A stretch of DNA of 64,000 bases, taken from contig NZ_SCVD01000011.1 in assembly GCF_004297125.1 (NCBI RefSeq), forward strand, positions 1,286 through 65,285, given 5' to 3'. This DNA is from Phenylobacterium sp. GTDB taxonomy: Bacteria > Pseudomonadota > Alphaproteobacteria > Caulobacterales > Caulobacteraceae. Shown here one piece after another: positions 9,497-19,403 of the stretch; position 1 is the first letter of the stretch; each line of letters opens with the position of its first letter. The notes beneath the pieces are model-generated. The model saw nothing but the letters and a program-made list of their open reading frames with translations, was not told the origin of the DNA and searched no databases. A program made the position numbers and the translations under genes.

Positions 9497-11086
9497 CCGG
9501 CCGGAGACGTCCAGGATGGTCGTACACAGCGCCAGCGGCGCGGGGCGGTGGCTGACGATCACCACGCCCTGGCCGGTGCGGAGCAGACGCCGGTCCAGGG
9601 CCGCCACCAGCGCGGCCTCGGTGCGGGGGTCAAGGCCCTCGGTCGGCTCGTCCAGGAGGAGCCAGGGCGCATCCCGCAGATAGGTGCGGGCGAGCGACAG
9701 TCGCCGCCGCTCGCCGCCGGACAGCACCTCGCCCCCGTCGCCGATCCACGTCGCCAGGCCATGGGAAAGGCGCCGCACGCGGGCGTCCAGCTGCGCGTCG
9801 GCCAAGGCGTCCCAGAGGGCGGCGTCATCCGCCGCCGGCGCGGCCAGGCGAAGGTTTTCCGCCACCGTGCCGGTGACCAGGCGCGCGTCCTGCGGTGCAT
9901 AGGCGAACAGGGACCGCGCCCAGCCGAGCGGTGCGCTCTCGAGGGGGGTCGCTGCGATCGAGATCCGAACGGCGGGCGCAGCGCGAAGGCCGACCAGCGC
10001 TTCGAGCGTGCGGGTCTTCCCGCAGCCGGAAGGACCGGCGAGGCCAAGCCTGGCGCCGGGCTCGAGCCGCCGGCCGTCGATCTCCAGGGCGGCGTCCGAC
10101 GGCGGGTCCGTCTCGTCCGGGCCCGGGTCGACCAGCACCGCATCCAGCCGGGTCACCGCCTCGCGATAGGCCCCGCGCTGTTGCGCCGCCCGCAGCAGGC
10201 CGGCGACGCCCTCCGTCCCGGCGAGCGCGGCGAGCACCGCCAATGCGGCCAGCGGCAGGGGCGCCGCCGAGACCAGGAGCGCCACCGCGACGAGCGTCGC
10301 CGCGCCCAGGCCCGCCTGGAGGAGGTTGAGTACGGCTTCAGCGTCGCTGCGCTTCAGGGTCGCCCTGCCGAGCGCGGTGTCGTGGGCCATGAGCGCTTCG
10401 ATGGCCCGTGGGGTCAGGTCGAAGCTCCGCAGCTCCGGGGCGGCGGCGAGATAGGCGCCCAAGCCATCCTTCAGGCGGCCCGCGGCGCGAAGCTGGTCGC
10501 GGCCGGCGTCGGCGGTGAGGCGTGCGGCGAGCCGGCGGCCGGCCAGGATCTGCGCCGCCAGGCCCAGCAGGAACGCGAGCACGCCCCAGGGCGAGGCCAG
10601 GGCGATGACGGCGCCCGCCGCGCCCGCCCCGGCGGCTGCGGCCCAGGGCGCCGAGCGCCGCACGAACTCCGTCTCCAGGACATTGACGTCCTGCACCAGA
10701 CGGGCGGCCGCCTCGCCGGACGAAAGCGCCAGTGAGATCGTCGGAGGAGCCGCCGCAAGCCCCGCGAACAGGGCCGGGCGCAGGGCCGCCAGGGCCTGGA
10801 AGGCGGCCCGGTGGCTGAACAGCCGCTCGCCGTAGCGTCCGGCGGTGCGCACGATCGCCAGGCCGCGCAGTCCGGCGCTCGGCAGCAGGTAGTTGAATGC
10901 CCAGACGGCGGCTGGGCCGGCCGCGCCCGCCAGCGCGGCGCCGGCGAGGAACCAACCCGAGAGCCCCAGCAGCAGGGTCGTGGCCGCGGCGGTCGCCGCG
11001 CCGCAGGCGGCGGCGATCCAGAGGTCGCCGCGGCGCCGCCGGACCTGACCTGCCAGGAAATCGCCGATCGGGGAGGGGGCGCTCAT
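9491..11086 (-). CDS. cydC: Thiol reductant ABC exporter subunit CydC
   Basis: LLGLSGWF...RTAGRYGERLFSH; Walker A GPSGCGKT, LSGGERRR, LLLDEPT; next to cydD. Confidence 0.88.
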   Translation of the reverse strand: MSAPSPIGDFLAGQVRRRRGDLWIAAACGAATAAATTLLLGLSGWFLAGAALAGAAGPAAVWAFNYLLPSAGLRGLAIVRTAGRYGERLFSHRAAFQALAALRPALFAGLAAAPPTISLALSSGEAAARLVQDVNVLETEFVRRSAPWAAAAGAGAAGAVIALASPWGVLAFLLGLAAQILAGRRLAARLTADAGRDQLRAAGRLKDGLGAYLAAAPELRSFDLTPRAIEALMAHDTALGRATLKRSDAEAVLNLLQAGLGAATLVAVALLVSAAPLPLAALAVLAALAGTEGVAGLLRAAQQRGAYREAVTRLDAVLVDPGPDETDPPSDAALEIDGRRLEPGARLGLAGPSGCGKTRTLEALVGLRAAPAVRISIAATPLESAPLGWARSLFAYAPQDARLVTGTVAENLRLAAPAADDAALWDALADAQLDARVRRLSHGLATWIGDGGEVLSGGERRRLSLARTYLRDAPWLLLDEPTEGLDPRTEAALVAALDRRLLRTGQGVVIVSHRPAPLALCTTILDVSGRL

Positions 11087-12711
11087 GGCAGTCTCACCAC
11101 ATGGTCGGCGGCGGCGGCGAGGGCCTCGGAATGGGTGGCGACGATCACCGTGCGGCCGTGGGCGGCCTGGCGGATGATGGCGATGATTTCACCCTCGGCC
11201 ACAGGGTCGAGATCCGCGGTCGGCTCGTCGAGCAGGAGCAGCGGCGCGGGCTTGAGGAGGGCCCGCGCGAGGGCGAGGCGGCGGCGCTCGCCGCCCGAAA
11301 GCCCCGACCCGCGCTCGTCCAGGCGAAGGTCCGCGCCGGCCTCGCGCCGGGCCAGCGCCGGCCCGAGCCCCACCAGGTCGGCCATCGCCAGCGCCGCCTC
11401 GGGTGACACTCCGGGCGCGGCGGCCATGAGGTTGTCGATCAGCGAGCCCGGCAGGAAGGCTGGCGCCTGGCCCGCCCAGGCGGACAGGCTGGCGAACCCG
11501 CCGGTGTCGGCGAGGCGCAGGCCGCCGACCTCCACGGATCCGGTTTCCAGGGGGGTCAGGCCGAGGATTGCGGCCAGCACTGACGACTTTCCCGATCCGG
11601 TCGGCCCGACGATGGCGGTGACCCGTCCGGCGGGCGCTGTGGCGTCCAGCGGGCCGACGACGAGATCGCCGAAGCGCAGGCTGAGGTTGCGAAGCCGGAC
11701 GTCCGGCGCGGCGTCCGCGGGCAGCGCCAAGGCCAGCGCGGCTGGGGGTGGTGGGATGGCGAGCATGGGTCGCAGGCGCTCGGCGGCGGCTTCGCCGAGC
11801 TGCTTCTCGTGATAGGCGCCGGCCAGCCTCCGCATCGGCGCGTAGAACTCCGGCGCCAGGGCCAGGGCGAAGAAGGCGTGCCGGAAGTCCAGGGTCTCCG
11901 GGACCTTGAACGGCAGCAGCCCCAGCAGCGAGAAGCCGCAGTAGACGGCGACCAGCGCGACCGCCAGAGCGGCGAAGAACTCCAGCCCGGCCGTCGAGAT
12001 GAAGGCGATCCGCAGCACGCCCAGCGTCCGCCGGCTGACCTCTTCCGCCGCTTGGGCGACGCGGGCTGTCTCCTGCCCCTGCGCCTGGAACGCCAGAACG
12101 ACAGGCAGCGCCCGGACCCGGTCGACGAAATGGCCGGAGAGCTGCGCCAGGGCCTCGAACTGGCGGGTGGCCGCCGCCGCGGCCGCGCCGCCGGCTAGCG
12201 CCATGATCGCCGCGAACGGGACCAGGGTGGCCAGCAGGATGGCGGCGCTCACCGGACTGGCCAGGGCCACGGCGCCGGCGATCAGCAGCGGGCCGAGCCG
12301 GGCCTCCAGCGCGGCGGGCTGGAACTGGGTGAAGTAGCCGTCAACCGCGTCGATCTCGTCGACGACGGTCGCGGTCGCCTCGCCCAGGGACGCCCCATCG
12401 CCGCGGCGGCGGCCAAGGACCGCACCCAGGGCCTCGCGCCTCAGCCCCGCCTTGACCCTCAACGCATGGCGCGCGGCCAGGCGGGCGATCGCCCAGGACG
12501 CCGTCGCGCGCACGGCCAGGGCCGCGCCGAGGCCCACGAGTCCGGGCAGGGCGGCGCGCCCGGTCAGCACCCAGGTCAGGCAGAAGGCGAAGGCCGCTGC
12601 GCCGGCGGCGTTGATCGAGGTCAAGGCGAGAAGGGGACCAGTGGGCGCATGAGCCGCCCGTCCACGGAGCGCAAGGAACCTCCTGTTGGCGGCGGTGTCG
12701 GCGGCGCTCAT
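11083..12711 (-). CDS. cydD: Thiol reductant ABC exporter subunit CydD
   Basis: EFFAALAVALVAVYCG...LAPEFYAPMRRLAGAYH; GPTGSGKS, LSGGERRR; divergent from cydA. Confidence 0.88.
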   Translation of the reverse strand: MSAADTAANRRFLALRGRAAHAPTGPLLALTSINAAGAAAFAFCLTWVLTGRAALPGLVGLGAALAVRATASWAIARLAARHALRVKAGLRREALGAVLGRRRGDGASLGEATATVVDEIDAVDGYFTQFQPAALEARLGPLLIAGAVALASPVSAAILLATLVPFAAIMALAGGAAAAAATRQFEALAQLSGHFVDRVRALPVVLAFQAQGQETARVAQAAEEVSRRTLGVLRIAFISTAGLEFFAALAVALVAVYCGFSLLGLLPFKVPETLDFRHAFFALALAPEFYAPMRRLAGAYHEKQLGEAAAERLRPMLAIPPPPAALALALPADAAPDVRLRNLSLRFGDLVVGPLDATAPAGRVTAIVGPTGSGKSSVLAAILGLTPLETGSVEVGGLRLADTGGFASLSAWAGQAPAFLPGSLIDNLMAAAPGVSPEAALAMADLVGLGPALARREAGADLRLDERGSGLSGGERRRLALARALLKPAPLLLLDEPTADLDPVAEGEIIAIIRQAAHGRTVIVATHSEALAAAADHVVRLP

Positions 12712-12721
12712 CGGATCATAA

Positions 12722-12737
12722 ATGCATAATTGCGCAT
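12722..12737. promoter_or_regulatory. Candidate ArsR operator 2
   Basis: ATGCATAATTGCGCAT, perfect ATGC-N8-GCAT arms, in the ~96-bp cydD/cydA divergent gap. Confidence 0.55.
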
Positions 12738-12807
12738 CTTAGAAGATACAGATATTGCGGCGCCGTCGTCGCGGGTGTTCACTGCGGTGAAACTAGGAAC
12801 CTCGGTC

Positions 12808-14376
12808 ATGACCATGGATGTCGTCGAACTCTCCAGGCTGCAGTTCGCCCTGACGGCCATGTACCACTTTCTCTTCGTGCCGCTGACGTTGGGCCTGTCG
12901 TTCCTGCTGGTCATCATGGAGAGCATCTATGTGATGACCGGCCGCCCGATCTGGCGGACCATCACCCGCTTCTGGGCGACCATCTTCGGCATCAACTTCG
13001 TCCTGGGGGTCGCGACCGGCCTTACCATGGAGTTCGAATTCGGGACCAACTGGTCCTACTACTCGCACTACGTGGGCGACATCTTCGGCGCGCCTCTGGC
13101 CATCGAGGGCCTGATGGCCTTCTTCCTGGAAGCCACCTTCGTTGGCCTGATGTTCTTCGGCTGGGAAAAGCTCTCCCGACAGGCGCACCTCTTCGTCACT
13201 TTCATGGTCGCGCTCGGGTCGAACCTGTCGGCTCTGTGGATACTGATCGCGAACGGCTGGATGCAGAATCCGGTCGGCGCGGCGTTCAATCCCGACACCA
13301 TGCGCATGGAGGTGACCAGCTTCCGCGACGTGCTGTTCAACCCGGTGGCCCAGGCGAAGTTCGTTCATACGGTGAGCGCGGGGTACGTCACGGCCTCCGT
13401 CTTCGTGCTGGGGATCTCGGCGATCATGCTGCTTGGCGGCAAGTGGCCACGGGTGGCCAAGCGGTCCTTCGCCGTGGCCGCGTCCTTCGGCCTGGCCGCA
13501 TCCCTCTCGGTCGTCGTGCTGGGCGACGAGAGCGGCTACGCCCTCACCGACAACCAGAAAATGAAGCTCGCGGCGCTGGAAGCCATGTGGGAGACCGAGC
13601 CCGCCCCCGCCGGACTGGCGGCCTTCGGCATCCCTAGCCTGGCCGACCGCAAGACCTACGCCGAGGTGAAGATCCCCTATGTGCTCGGGCTGATCGCCAC
13701 CCGCAGCATCGACAAGCCGGTCTCCGGCATCTTCGAACTGGTGGCCGTCGCCGAGACCCGGGTCGAGAACGGGATCAAGGCCTATGACGCGCTGGAGCGC
13801 CTCAAGGCCTCGCCCCAGGACCTGGTGGCGCGCGCCGACTTCGAGCTCAGCCGCAAGGACCTGGGCTACGGCCTGCTGTTGAAGCGCTATGTCGCCGACC
13901 CGCGCACCGCCGACCGGGCGACCATCCAGAAGGCGGCCTGGGACACCGTGCCGAACGTGCCGGTGATGTTCTGGGTGTTCCGGATCATGGCCGGAATCGG
14001 TTTCCTGCAGATCGCAGTCTTCGCAGCGGCCTTCGTCCTGGTGACGCTCCGCCGGTGCGAGACCAAGTGGATCCTCTGGACCGCGGTCGCCATCATGCCG
14101 TTGCCGTGGATCGCGGCGGAAGCTGGCTGGGTCCTGGCCGAACTGGGGCGTCAGCCCTGGGCGGTGGAGGGCGTCCTGCCGACCTTCCTCGGAGTCTCCA
14201 GCCTGACCGTCGGCCAGCTCTGGACCACGATCATCGGCTTCACCTTGCTCTATGGGGCGCTGGCCGTCGTCGAGGTCGGCCTCATCGTTCGGACCGTCAA
14301 GCGCGGACCCTACGCTCATCACGACCAGCCCGACGGCGGCGCGGCGGCATCGATCCGTCTCGCCCCGGCCGAATAG
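12808..14376 (+). CDS. cydA: Cytochrome bd ubiquinol oxidase subunit I (long Q-loop type)
   Basis: AMYHFLFVPLTLG, AKFVHTV, GDESGY..QKMKLAALEAMW, FWVFRIM, ELGRQPW; start set at ATG after AGGAAC. Confidence 0.96.
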   Translation: MTMDVVELSRLQFALTAMYHFLFVPLTLGLSFLLVIMESIYVMTGRPIWRTITRFWATIFGINFVLGVATGLTMEFEFGTNWSYYSHYVGDIFGAPLAIEGLMAFFLEATFVGLMFFGWEKLSRQAHLFVTFMVALGSNLSALWILIANGWMQNPVGAAFNPDTMRMEVTSFRDVLFNPVAQAKFVHTVSAGYVTASVFVLGISAIMLLGGKWPRVAKRSFAVAASFGLAASLSVVVLGDESGYALTDNQKMKLAALEAMWETEPAPAGLAAFGIPSLADRKTYAEVKIPYVLGLIATRSIDKPVSGIFELVAVAETRVENGIKAYDALERLKASPQDLVARADFELSRKDLGYGLLLKRYVADPRTADRATIQKAAWDTVPNVPVMFWVFRIMAGIGFLQIAVFAAAFVLVTLRRCETKWILWTAVAIMPLPWIAAEAGWVLAELGRQPWAVEGVLPTFLGVSSLTVGQLWTTIIGFTLLYGALAVVEVGLIVRTVKRGPYAHHDQPDGGAAASIRLAPAE

Positions 14377-14388
14377 GGACTCAGGACG

Positions 14389-15537
14389 ATGCACATTCCC
14401 CTCGACTACGAGACACTGCGGGTCATCTGGTGGGGCCTGATGGGCGTGCTGCTGATCGGCTTCGCGCTCACCGACGGCTTCGACCTGGGGGTCGCCGCCC
14501 TGCTGCCCTTCGTCGCCCGCAACGACGGCGAGCGGCGGATGGTGATCAACACCATCGGCGCCACCTGGGAAGGCAACCAGGTGTGGTTCATCCTGGGCGG
14601 CGGGGCGATCTTTGCGGCCTGGCCGTTCGTCTACGCCGTCAGCTTCTCGGGCTTCTACCTGGCGATGTTCGCGGTGCTCGCGGCCCTCATCCTGCGGCCG
14701 GTCGGCTTCAAGTACCGCTCAAAGCGGCCCTCGAAGACGTGGCGGACGGCGTGGGACTGGGCCCTGTTCGTCGGCGGCTTCGTCCCGGCCCTGGTGTTCG
14801 GGGTGGCGGTGGGCAACGTCCTGCAGGGGATTCCCTTCCGGCTCGACGGCGATCTGCGCGCCACCTACACCGGAACCTTCCTCGGCCTGTTCACCCCCTT
14901 CACGCTGGTCTGCGGGCTGCTGTCGGTGGCCATGCTGGTGACCCATGGCGCGGCCTGGCTGACCATCAAGGCTGAACACGGGGCAGTGCGCGACCGGGCG
15001 CGGGCCATTGGCTCCGTCGCCGCGCTCGCGGCCATCGTCCTCTTCGCAGCCGGGTATGCGTTCGTGGCGTTCGGCGGTCTCGGCTTCCGCCTGGACGGCG
15101 CCGTCGATCCAGCCGGCCCGTCCAACCCGCTGCGCGCGGCCGCCGTGGCCGCCCCCGGGGGATGGCTCACCAACTTCGCCACCTATCCGTGGATGTGGAT
15201 CGCGCCCGTCCTCGGCTTCGCGGGCGCGGCCCTGGCCCTGGTGGGCATCCGCGCGGGCCGCGAAGTCCCGGCCTTCGCCGGCTCTTCCCTGTCGGCGCTA
15301 GGGATCATCTCCACCGTGGGGCTCGCGATGTTCCCCTTCATCCTGCCCAGCAGCATCGACCCGAGGTCGAGCCTGACGGTCTGGAACGCGTCGTCCAGCC
15401 ACATGACCCTGTTCGTCATGCTGGTGGTCACCGTGGTCTTCCTGCCGATCGTGCTGGCCTACACCGCCTGGGCTTACAAGGTGATGTTCGGCCGCTCCTC
15501 GGTCGGCGACCTGAACACCAACCCCGATCTCTACTGA
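14389..15537 (+). CDS. cydB: Cytochrome bd oxidase subunit II
   Basis: TDGFDLGV, WEGNQVWFILGGGAIFAAWP, SLTVWNASSS. Confidence 0.96.
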   Translation: MHIPLDYETLRVIWWGLMGVLLIGFALTDGFDLGVAALLPFVARNDGERRMVINTIGATWEGNQVWFILGGGAIFAAWPFVYAVSFSGFYLAMFAVLAALILRPVGFKYRSKRPSKTWRTAWDWALFVGGFVPALVFGVAVGNVLQGIPFRLDGDLRATYTGTFLGLFTPFTLVCGLLSVAMLVTHGAAWLTIKAEHGAVRDRARAIGSVAALAAIVLFAAGYAFVAFGGLGFRLDGAVDPAGPSNPLRAAAVAAPGGWLTNFATYPWMWIAPVLGFAGAALALVGIRAGREVPAFAGSSLSALGIISTVGLAMFPFILPSSIDPRSSLTVWNASSSHMTLFVMLVVTVVFLPIVLAYTAWAYKVMFGRSSVGDLNTNPDLY

Positions 15538-15549
15538 GGAGTCCCGAGC

Positions 15550-15669
15550 ATGTGGTATTTCACCTGGGTGCTTGGCCTGGGCCTGGCGGTCGCCTTCGGC
15601 ATCCTCAACGGCATGTGGCACGAATTCCACCTCGTCGATTCCGGCGACGACGGTGAGGACGACGCGTAA
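15550..15669 (+). CDS. cydX: Cytochrome bd oxidase small subunit
   Basis: Manual translation MWYFTWVLGLGLAVAFGILNGMWHEFHLVDSGDDGEDDA (39 aa) directly after cydB, GAGGAG RBS. Confidence 0.93.
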   Translation: MWYFTWVLGLGLAVAFGILNGMWHEFHLVDSGDDGEDDA

Positions 15670-15723
15670 GCCGAGCGCGCGGCTCTCCCTGCGTCTCGCG
15701 GCCTGAATGGCGACCGGCGAGGT

Positions 15724-16092
15724 TCAAGCCTGGCGGCGGCCGGCGCGGCCTTCGGTCCGGACCTCGCTGGCGCCATAGATGTCGCACAGGGTGTCGAGCA
15801 CCCGCATCGCCGCCGGGTCGTCCAGCCGATAGTAGATGGTCTGCGCCTCCCGCCGGGTGCCGACCAGGCCCTCGGCCCGCATCTTGGCCAGATGCTGCGA
15901 CGTGGTCGATTGGGCCATCTTGGCGTGGTCCGCGAGGGCCTTCACCGATGCCTCTCCCTCGACAAGCCGGCACAGCAGGAGCAGGCGCGGCTCGCTGGCC
16001 AACAGCTTCAACAGGCGCGCGGCGGCCTGAGCGCTGTCCCCCAGCTCGGAGAGTTCGCTGGGCGAGGGGCGGGCGACGAGTGCGGACGTCAT
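15724..16092 (-). CDS. ArsR/SmtB-family regulator, BigR/SqrR-like (copy 2)
   Basis: LKLLASEPRLLLLC...SQHLAKMRAEGLV..RREAQTIYY...LDTLC; Cys in helix 2 and near the C terminus. Start inferred. Confidence 0.88.
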   Translation of the reverse strand: MTSALVARPSPSELSELGDSAQAAARLLKLLASEPRLLLLCRLVEGEASVKALADHAKMAQSTTSQHLAKMRAEGLVGTRREAQTIYYRLDDPAAMRVLDTLCDIYGASEVRTEGRAGRRQA

Positions 16093-16166
16093 CTGCTTAA
16101 TGTAGAAGATGCGCATCAACGATCAAGGCGATGGTGGCCCGCTCGCTCGCCGACGATGCGATGGCG

Positions 16167-19100
16167 CTACGCCGGCTTGCCTCCGCGCTCAACGGCGGTT
16201 GTCGGCCCAGGTGGGCGGCTATCGTCCCTCAGGACGACATAGATCGCCGGGATCACCAGCACGGTCAGCAGGGTGGACGAGGCCAGACCGAACAGCAGCG
16301 AGATCGCCAGCCCCTGGAAGATCGGGTCGGTAAGGATCACCGCCGCGCCGATCATGGCGGCCGCGGCCGTCAGCACGATGGGCTTGAAGCGGATTGCGCC
16401 GGCCTCCAGCAGGACCTCGCGCAAGGGCCGCTCGCCGGTCTGGCTGTGGCGGATGAAGTCCACCAGCAGGATCGAGTTGCGCACGATGATCCCGGCCAGG
16501 GCGATGAAGCCGATCATCGAGGTGGCGGTGAAGGGCGCCCGGAACAGGATGTGGCCGACGACGATGCCCACAAGGGTCAGCGGGATCGGGGTCAGGATGA
16601 CCAGCGGCAGGCGGAAGCTTTTGAACTGGGCGACCACCAGGACGTAGATGCCGAGGATCGCCACGCCGAACGCCGCGCCCATGTCGCGGAAGGTCACCCA
16701 GGTGATCTCCCACTCGCCGTCCCAGAGCACGGTGGGCCGGCTCTCGTCCGTGGGCTGGCCGTGCAGGCGGATGTCGGGCTTGGGGACGCCTGTCCAATCG
16801 CCCTCCTTCAGCGCCTTGTCGACCGCGAGCATGCCGTAGATCGGCGCCTCGTAGGCGCCGGCGAGCTCGCCCATCACCATGTCCAGGTCGCGTCCGTCGC
16901 GGCGGAAGATGTGGGTCGAGCCGGCTTCGGTCGACGCCGTGGCGACTTCGCCAAGTGACACCAGCCGTCCCCCGGCGGGGCCCTGCGACACCGCCACCGG
17001 CATGGCGGCGAGGCCTTCGCCCCAGCTGCGCGCCGATTGCGGCAGGCGCACGGAGATCTCAAGGGGATCGCGACCCTCGCCGCGGTGGGCGTAGCCGACG
17101 ACCTGGCCGCCGAGGGCCGCGGCGATGGAGTCGTAGACGTCCCGGTCGCCGACCTTCAGCGCCTCAAGCCGGTCGCGGTCGGGGACCAGCCGCAGGCCTG
17201 GCCGGGGCTGGCCGTAGCTGTCGTCGATGTCGACGATGTAGGGCACGGAATGGAATGCGGCCTTCACGCGCGTGGCCACCGCGCGCCGCGTCGCCGCGTC
17301 GGGACCGTAGACCTCCGCCAGCAGGGTCGCCATCACCGGTGGTCCGGGCGGCGCCTCGACCACCTTGATCGCCGCGCCCGCGGGCAGGGCGACCTTGGCG
17401 AGCCTTCGGCGCAGGTCGAGGGCGATGGCGTGGCTGTTGCGGCGGCGCTCGCCCTTCTCGGCCAGGGTGACGGAGAGGTCGCCCATCTCCGGCTTGTTGC
17501 GAAGATAGTAGTGGCGCACGAGGCCGTTGAAATTGAACGGGGAGGCCGTCCCGGCATAGGCGTCCACGGCGACGACTTCCGGCAGGGCGCGGGCGATCGC
17601 CGCCGCGTCGCCGAGCGCGCGCTGGGTGGCCTCCAGGGACGTCCCTTCAGGCATGTCGACCACCACCTGCAACTCGGACTTGTTGTCGAAGGGCAGCAGT
17701 TTCACCGTCACCGTCTTGGTGGCGAACATGGCGCAGGCCAGAAGCGTCGCGACGCCGACGGCGATGAGGAAGGTCCAGGCCGACCGGCGGGTGGCGATCA
17801 CGCGGCCCGCGACCTTTCGGTAGATCGCCTCGAGCCGGCCTTCGACATGGGATCCGTGTCCGGCCGCCAGCGTCTTGCGCGCGAAGCGCACCATCAGCCA
17901 GGGCGCGATCACCACGGCGACAAAGAACGAGAAGACCATGGCCGCCGAGGCGTTGACCGGAATCGGCGCCATGTAGGGGCCCATCAGGCCCGAGACGAAC
18001 AGCATCGGCAGCAGGGCGGTGACGACAGTGAGCGTGGCCACCACGGTGGGGTTGCCGACCTCGGCCACGGCCTCGACGGCCGCGTCCACGCGGGTTCGCC
18101 CGTCCGCCATCGCCCAGTGGCGGGCGATGTTCTCGATCATGACGATGGCGTCGTCGACCAGGATGCCGATGGAGAAGATCAGGGCGAACAGGCTGACCCG
18201 ATTGATGGTGTAGCCCAGCAGGTTCGAGGCGAAGAGGGTGAGCAGGATGGTGGTCGGGATCACCACGGCGGTGACCGCCGCCTCGCGCCAGCCGATGGCG
18301 AAGCCGATCAGGACGACGATCGACAGGGTGGCGAGCCCGAGGTGGAAGAGCAGCTCGTTGGCCTTCTCGTTCGCTGTGGCGCCATAGTCGCGCGTCACAG
18401 AGACGCTCAGGCTGTCCGGCAGAAGCGAGCCCTTCAGCGCCTCGACCCGGGCCAGGACGGCCTGGGAGACGACGACGGCGTTGGCGCCCTTGCGCTTGGC
18501 GATCGCCAGGCTGACGGCAGGGGCTTCACTCCAGCCCTGGGCGGTTCGGGCATAGCGCCAGGCGCGGGCCTGATCCTCGCGCGGGCCTTCGACCACCTGG
18601 GCGACGTCGCGGACATAGACGCTCTCGCCCTTGGCGGAGGGCAGGGCGAGCAGGCCGATCTCCGTCGCGTTGGCGAGGGTCCGCCCGGCCGTGACGTCGA
18701 CGGCCTGGCCGCCGTTGCGCACCTGACCGGCCGGGAAGGCGCGGTTGGCCTGGCGGATGGTGTCCATGAGGGCTCCCAGCGACACCCCATGCTGGGCGAG
18801 CCTCGCCGGATCGGGCTCGACGCGGATCTCCTGCGGCCGGCCGCCGACGATGAAGGTCAGGCCCACGTCGTCGACCTTGGTCACTTCGTTGCGCAGCTTG
18901 CCGGCCAGTTCGTGGAGCGCCTGGTCGGTCCATTGCCCGGCGGCGCCGGGCTTTGGCGAGAGGGTCAGCACCAGGCTGGGCACGTCGTTGATGCCACGGG
19001 TCTGGATCAGCGGCTCGGGGATGCCCGCCGGAATCCGGTCGTAGTTCGCGCGGACCTTCTCGTGGATGCGCACCGCCGCGGCGTCCGGATCGGTCCCGAC

Positions 19101-19403
19101 GTCGAAACGCGCGGTGACCATAACCTGGTTGTCGTCGGCGAAGGTGTAGACGTGCTCGACGCCCGAGACGCTCTTCACGATCGTCTCCAGGGGTTTGCCG
19201 ACCAGCTCCACGGCGTCCGGCGCCCGCAAGCCGGGTGCGGAGACCATGATGTCGACCATGGGCACGCTGATCTGAGGTTCCTCCTCGCGGGGGATCGACA
19301 TCAGGGCCAGCAGGCCCACGGCGATCGCCGCCAGCAGGAAGAGCGGCGTCAGCGGCGAGCGGATGGTCGCGCGCGTCAGGCGTCCGGAGAGGCCGAGGTT
19401 CAT
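16167..19403 (-). CDS. RND efflux transporter permease subunit
   Basis: 1078 aa; PREEEPQI.VPMVD, GILVDDAIVMIENI, GIIVRNSILLVDF, RFKPIVLT. Confidence 0.95.
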   Translation of the reverse strand: MNLGLSGRLTRATIRSPLTPLFLLAAIAVGLLALMSIPREEEPQISVPMVDIMVSAPGLRAPDAVELVGKPLETIVKSVSGVEHVYTFADDNQVMVTARFDVGTDPDAAAVRIHEKVRANYDRIPAGIPEPLIQTRGINDVPSLVLTLSPKPGAAGQWTDQALHELAGKLRNEVTKVDDVGLTFIVGGRPQEIRVEPDPARLAQHGVSLGALMDTIRQANRAFPAGQVRNGGQAVDVTAGRTLANATEIGLLALPSAKGESVYVRDVAQVVEGPREDQARAWRYARTAQGWSEAPAVSLAIAKRKGANAVVVSQAVLARVEALKGSLLPDSLSVSVTRDYGATANEKANELLFHLGLATLSIVVLIGFAIGWREAAVTAVVIPTTILLTLFASNLLGYTINRVSLFALIFSIGILVDDAIVMIENIARHWAMADGRTRVDAAVEAVAEVGNPTVVATLTVVTALLPMLFVSGLMGPYMAPIPVNASAAMVFSFFVAVVIAPWLMVRFARKTLAAGHGSHVEGRLEAIYRKVAGRVIATRRSAWTFLIAVGVATLLACAMFATKTVTVKLLPFDNKSELQVVVDMPEGTSLEATQRALGDAAAIARALPEVVAVDAYAGTASPFNFNGLVRHYYLRNKPEMGDLSVTLAEKGERRRNSHAIALDLRRRLAKVALPAGAAIKVVEAPPGPPVMATLLAEVYGPDAATRRAVATRVKAAFHSVPYIVDIDDSYGQPRPGLRLVPDRDRLEALKVGDRDVYDSIAAALGGQVVGYAHRGEGRDPLEISVRLPQSARSWGEGLAAMPVAVSQGPAGGRLVSLGEVATASTEAGSTHIFRRDGRDLDMVMGELAGAYEAPIYGMLAVDKALKEGDWTGVPKPDIRLHGQPTDESRPTVLWDGEWEITWVTFRDMGAAFGVAILGIYVLVVAQFKSFRLPLVILTPIPLTLVGIVVGHILFRAPFTATSMIGFIALAGIIVRNSILLVDFIRHSQTGERPLREVLLEAGAIRFKPIVLTAAAAMIGAAVILTDPIFQGLAISLLFGLASSTLLTVLVIPAIYVVLRDDSRPPGPTTAVERGGKPA

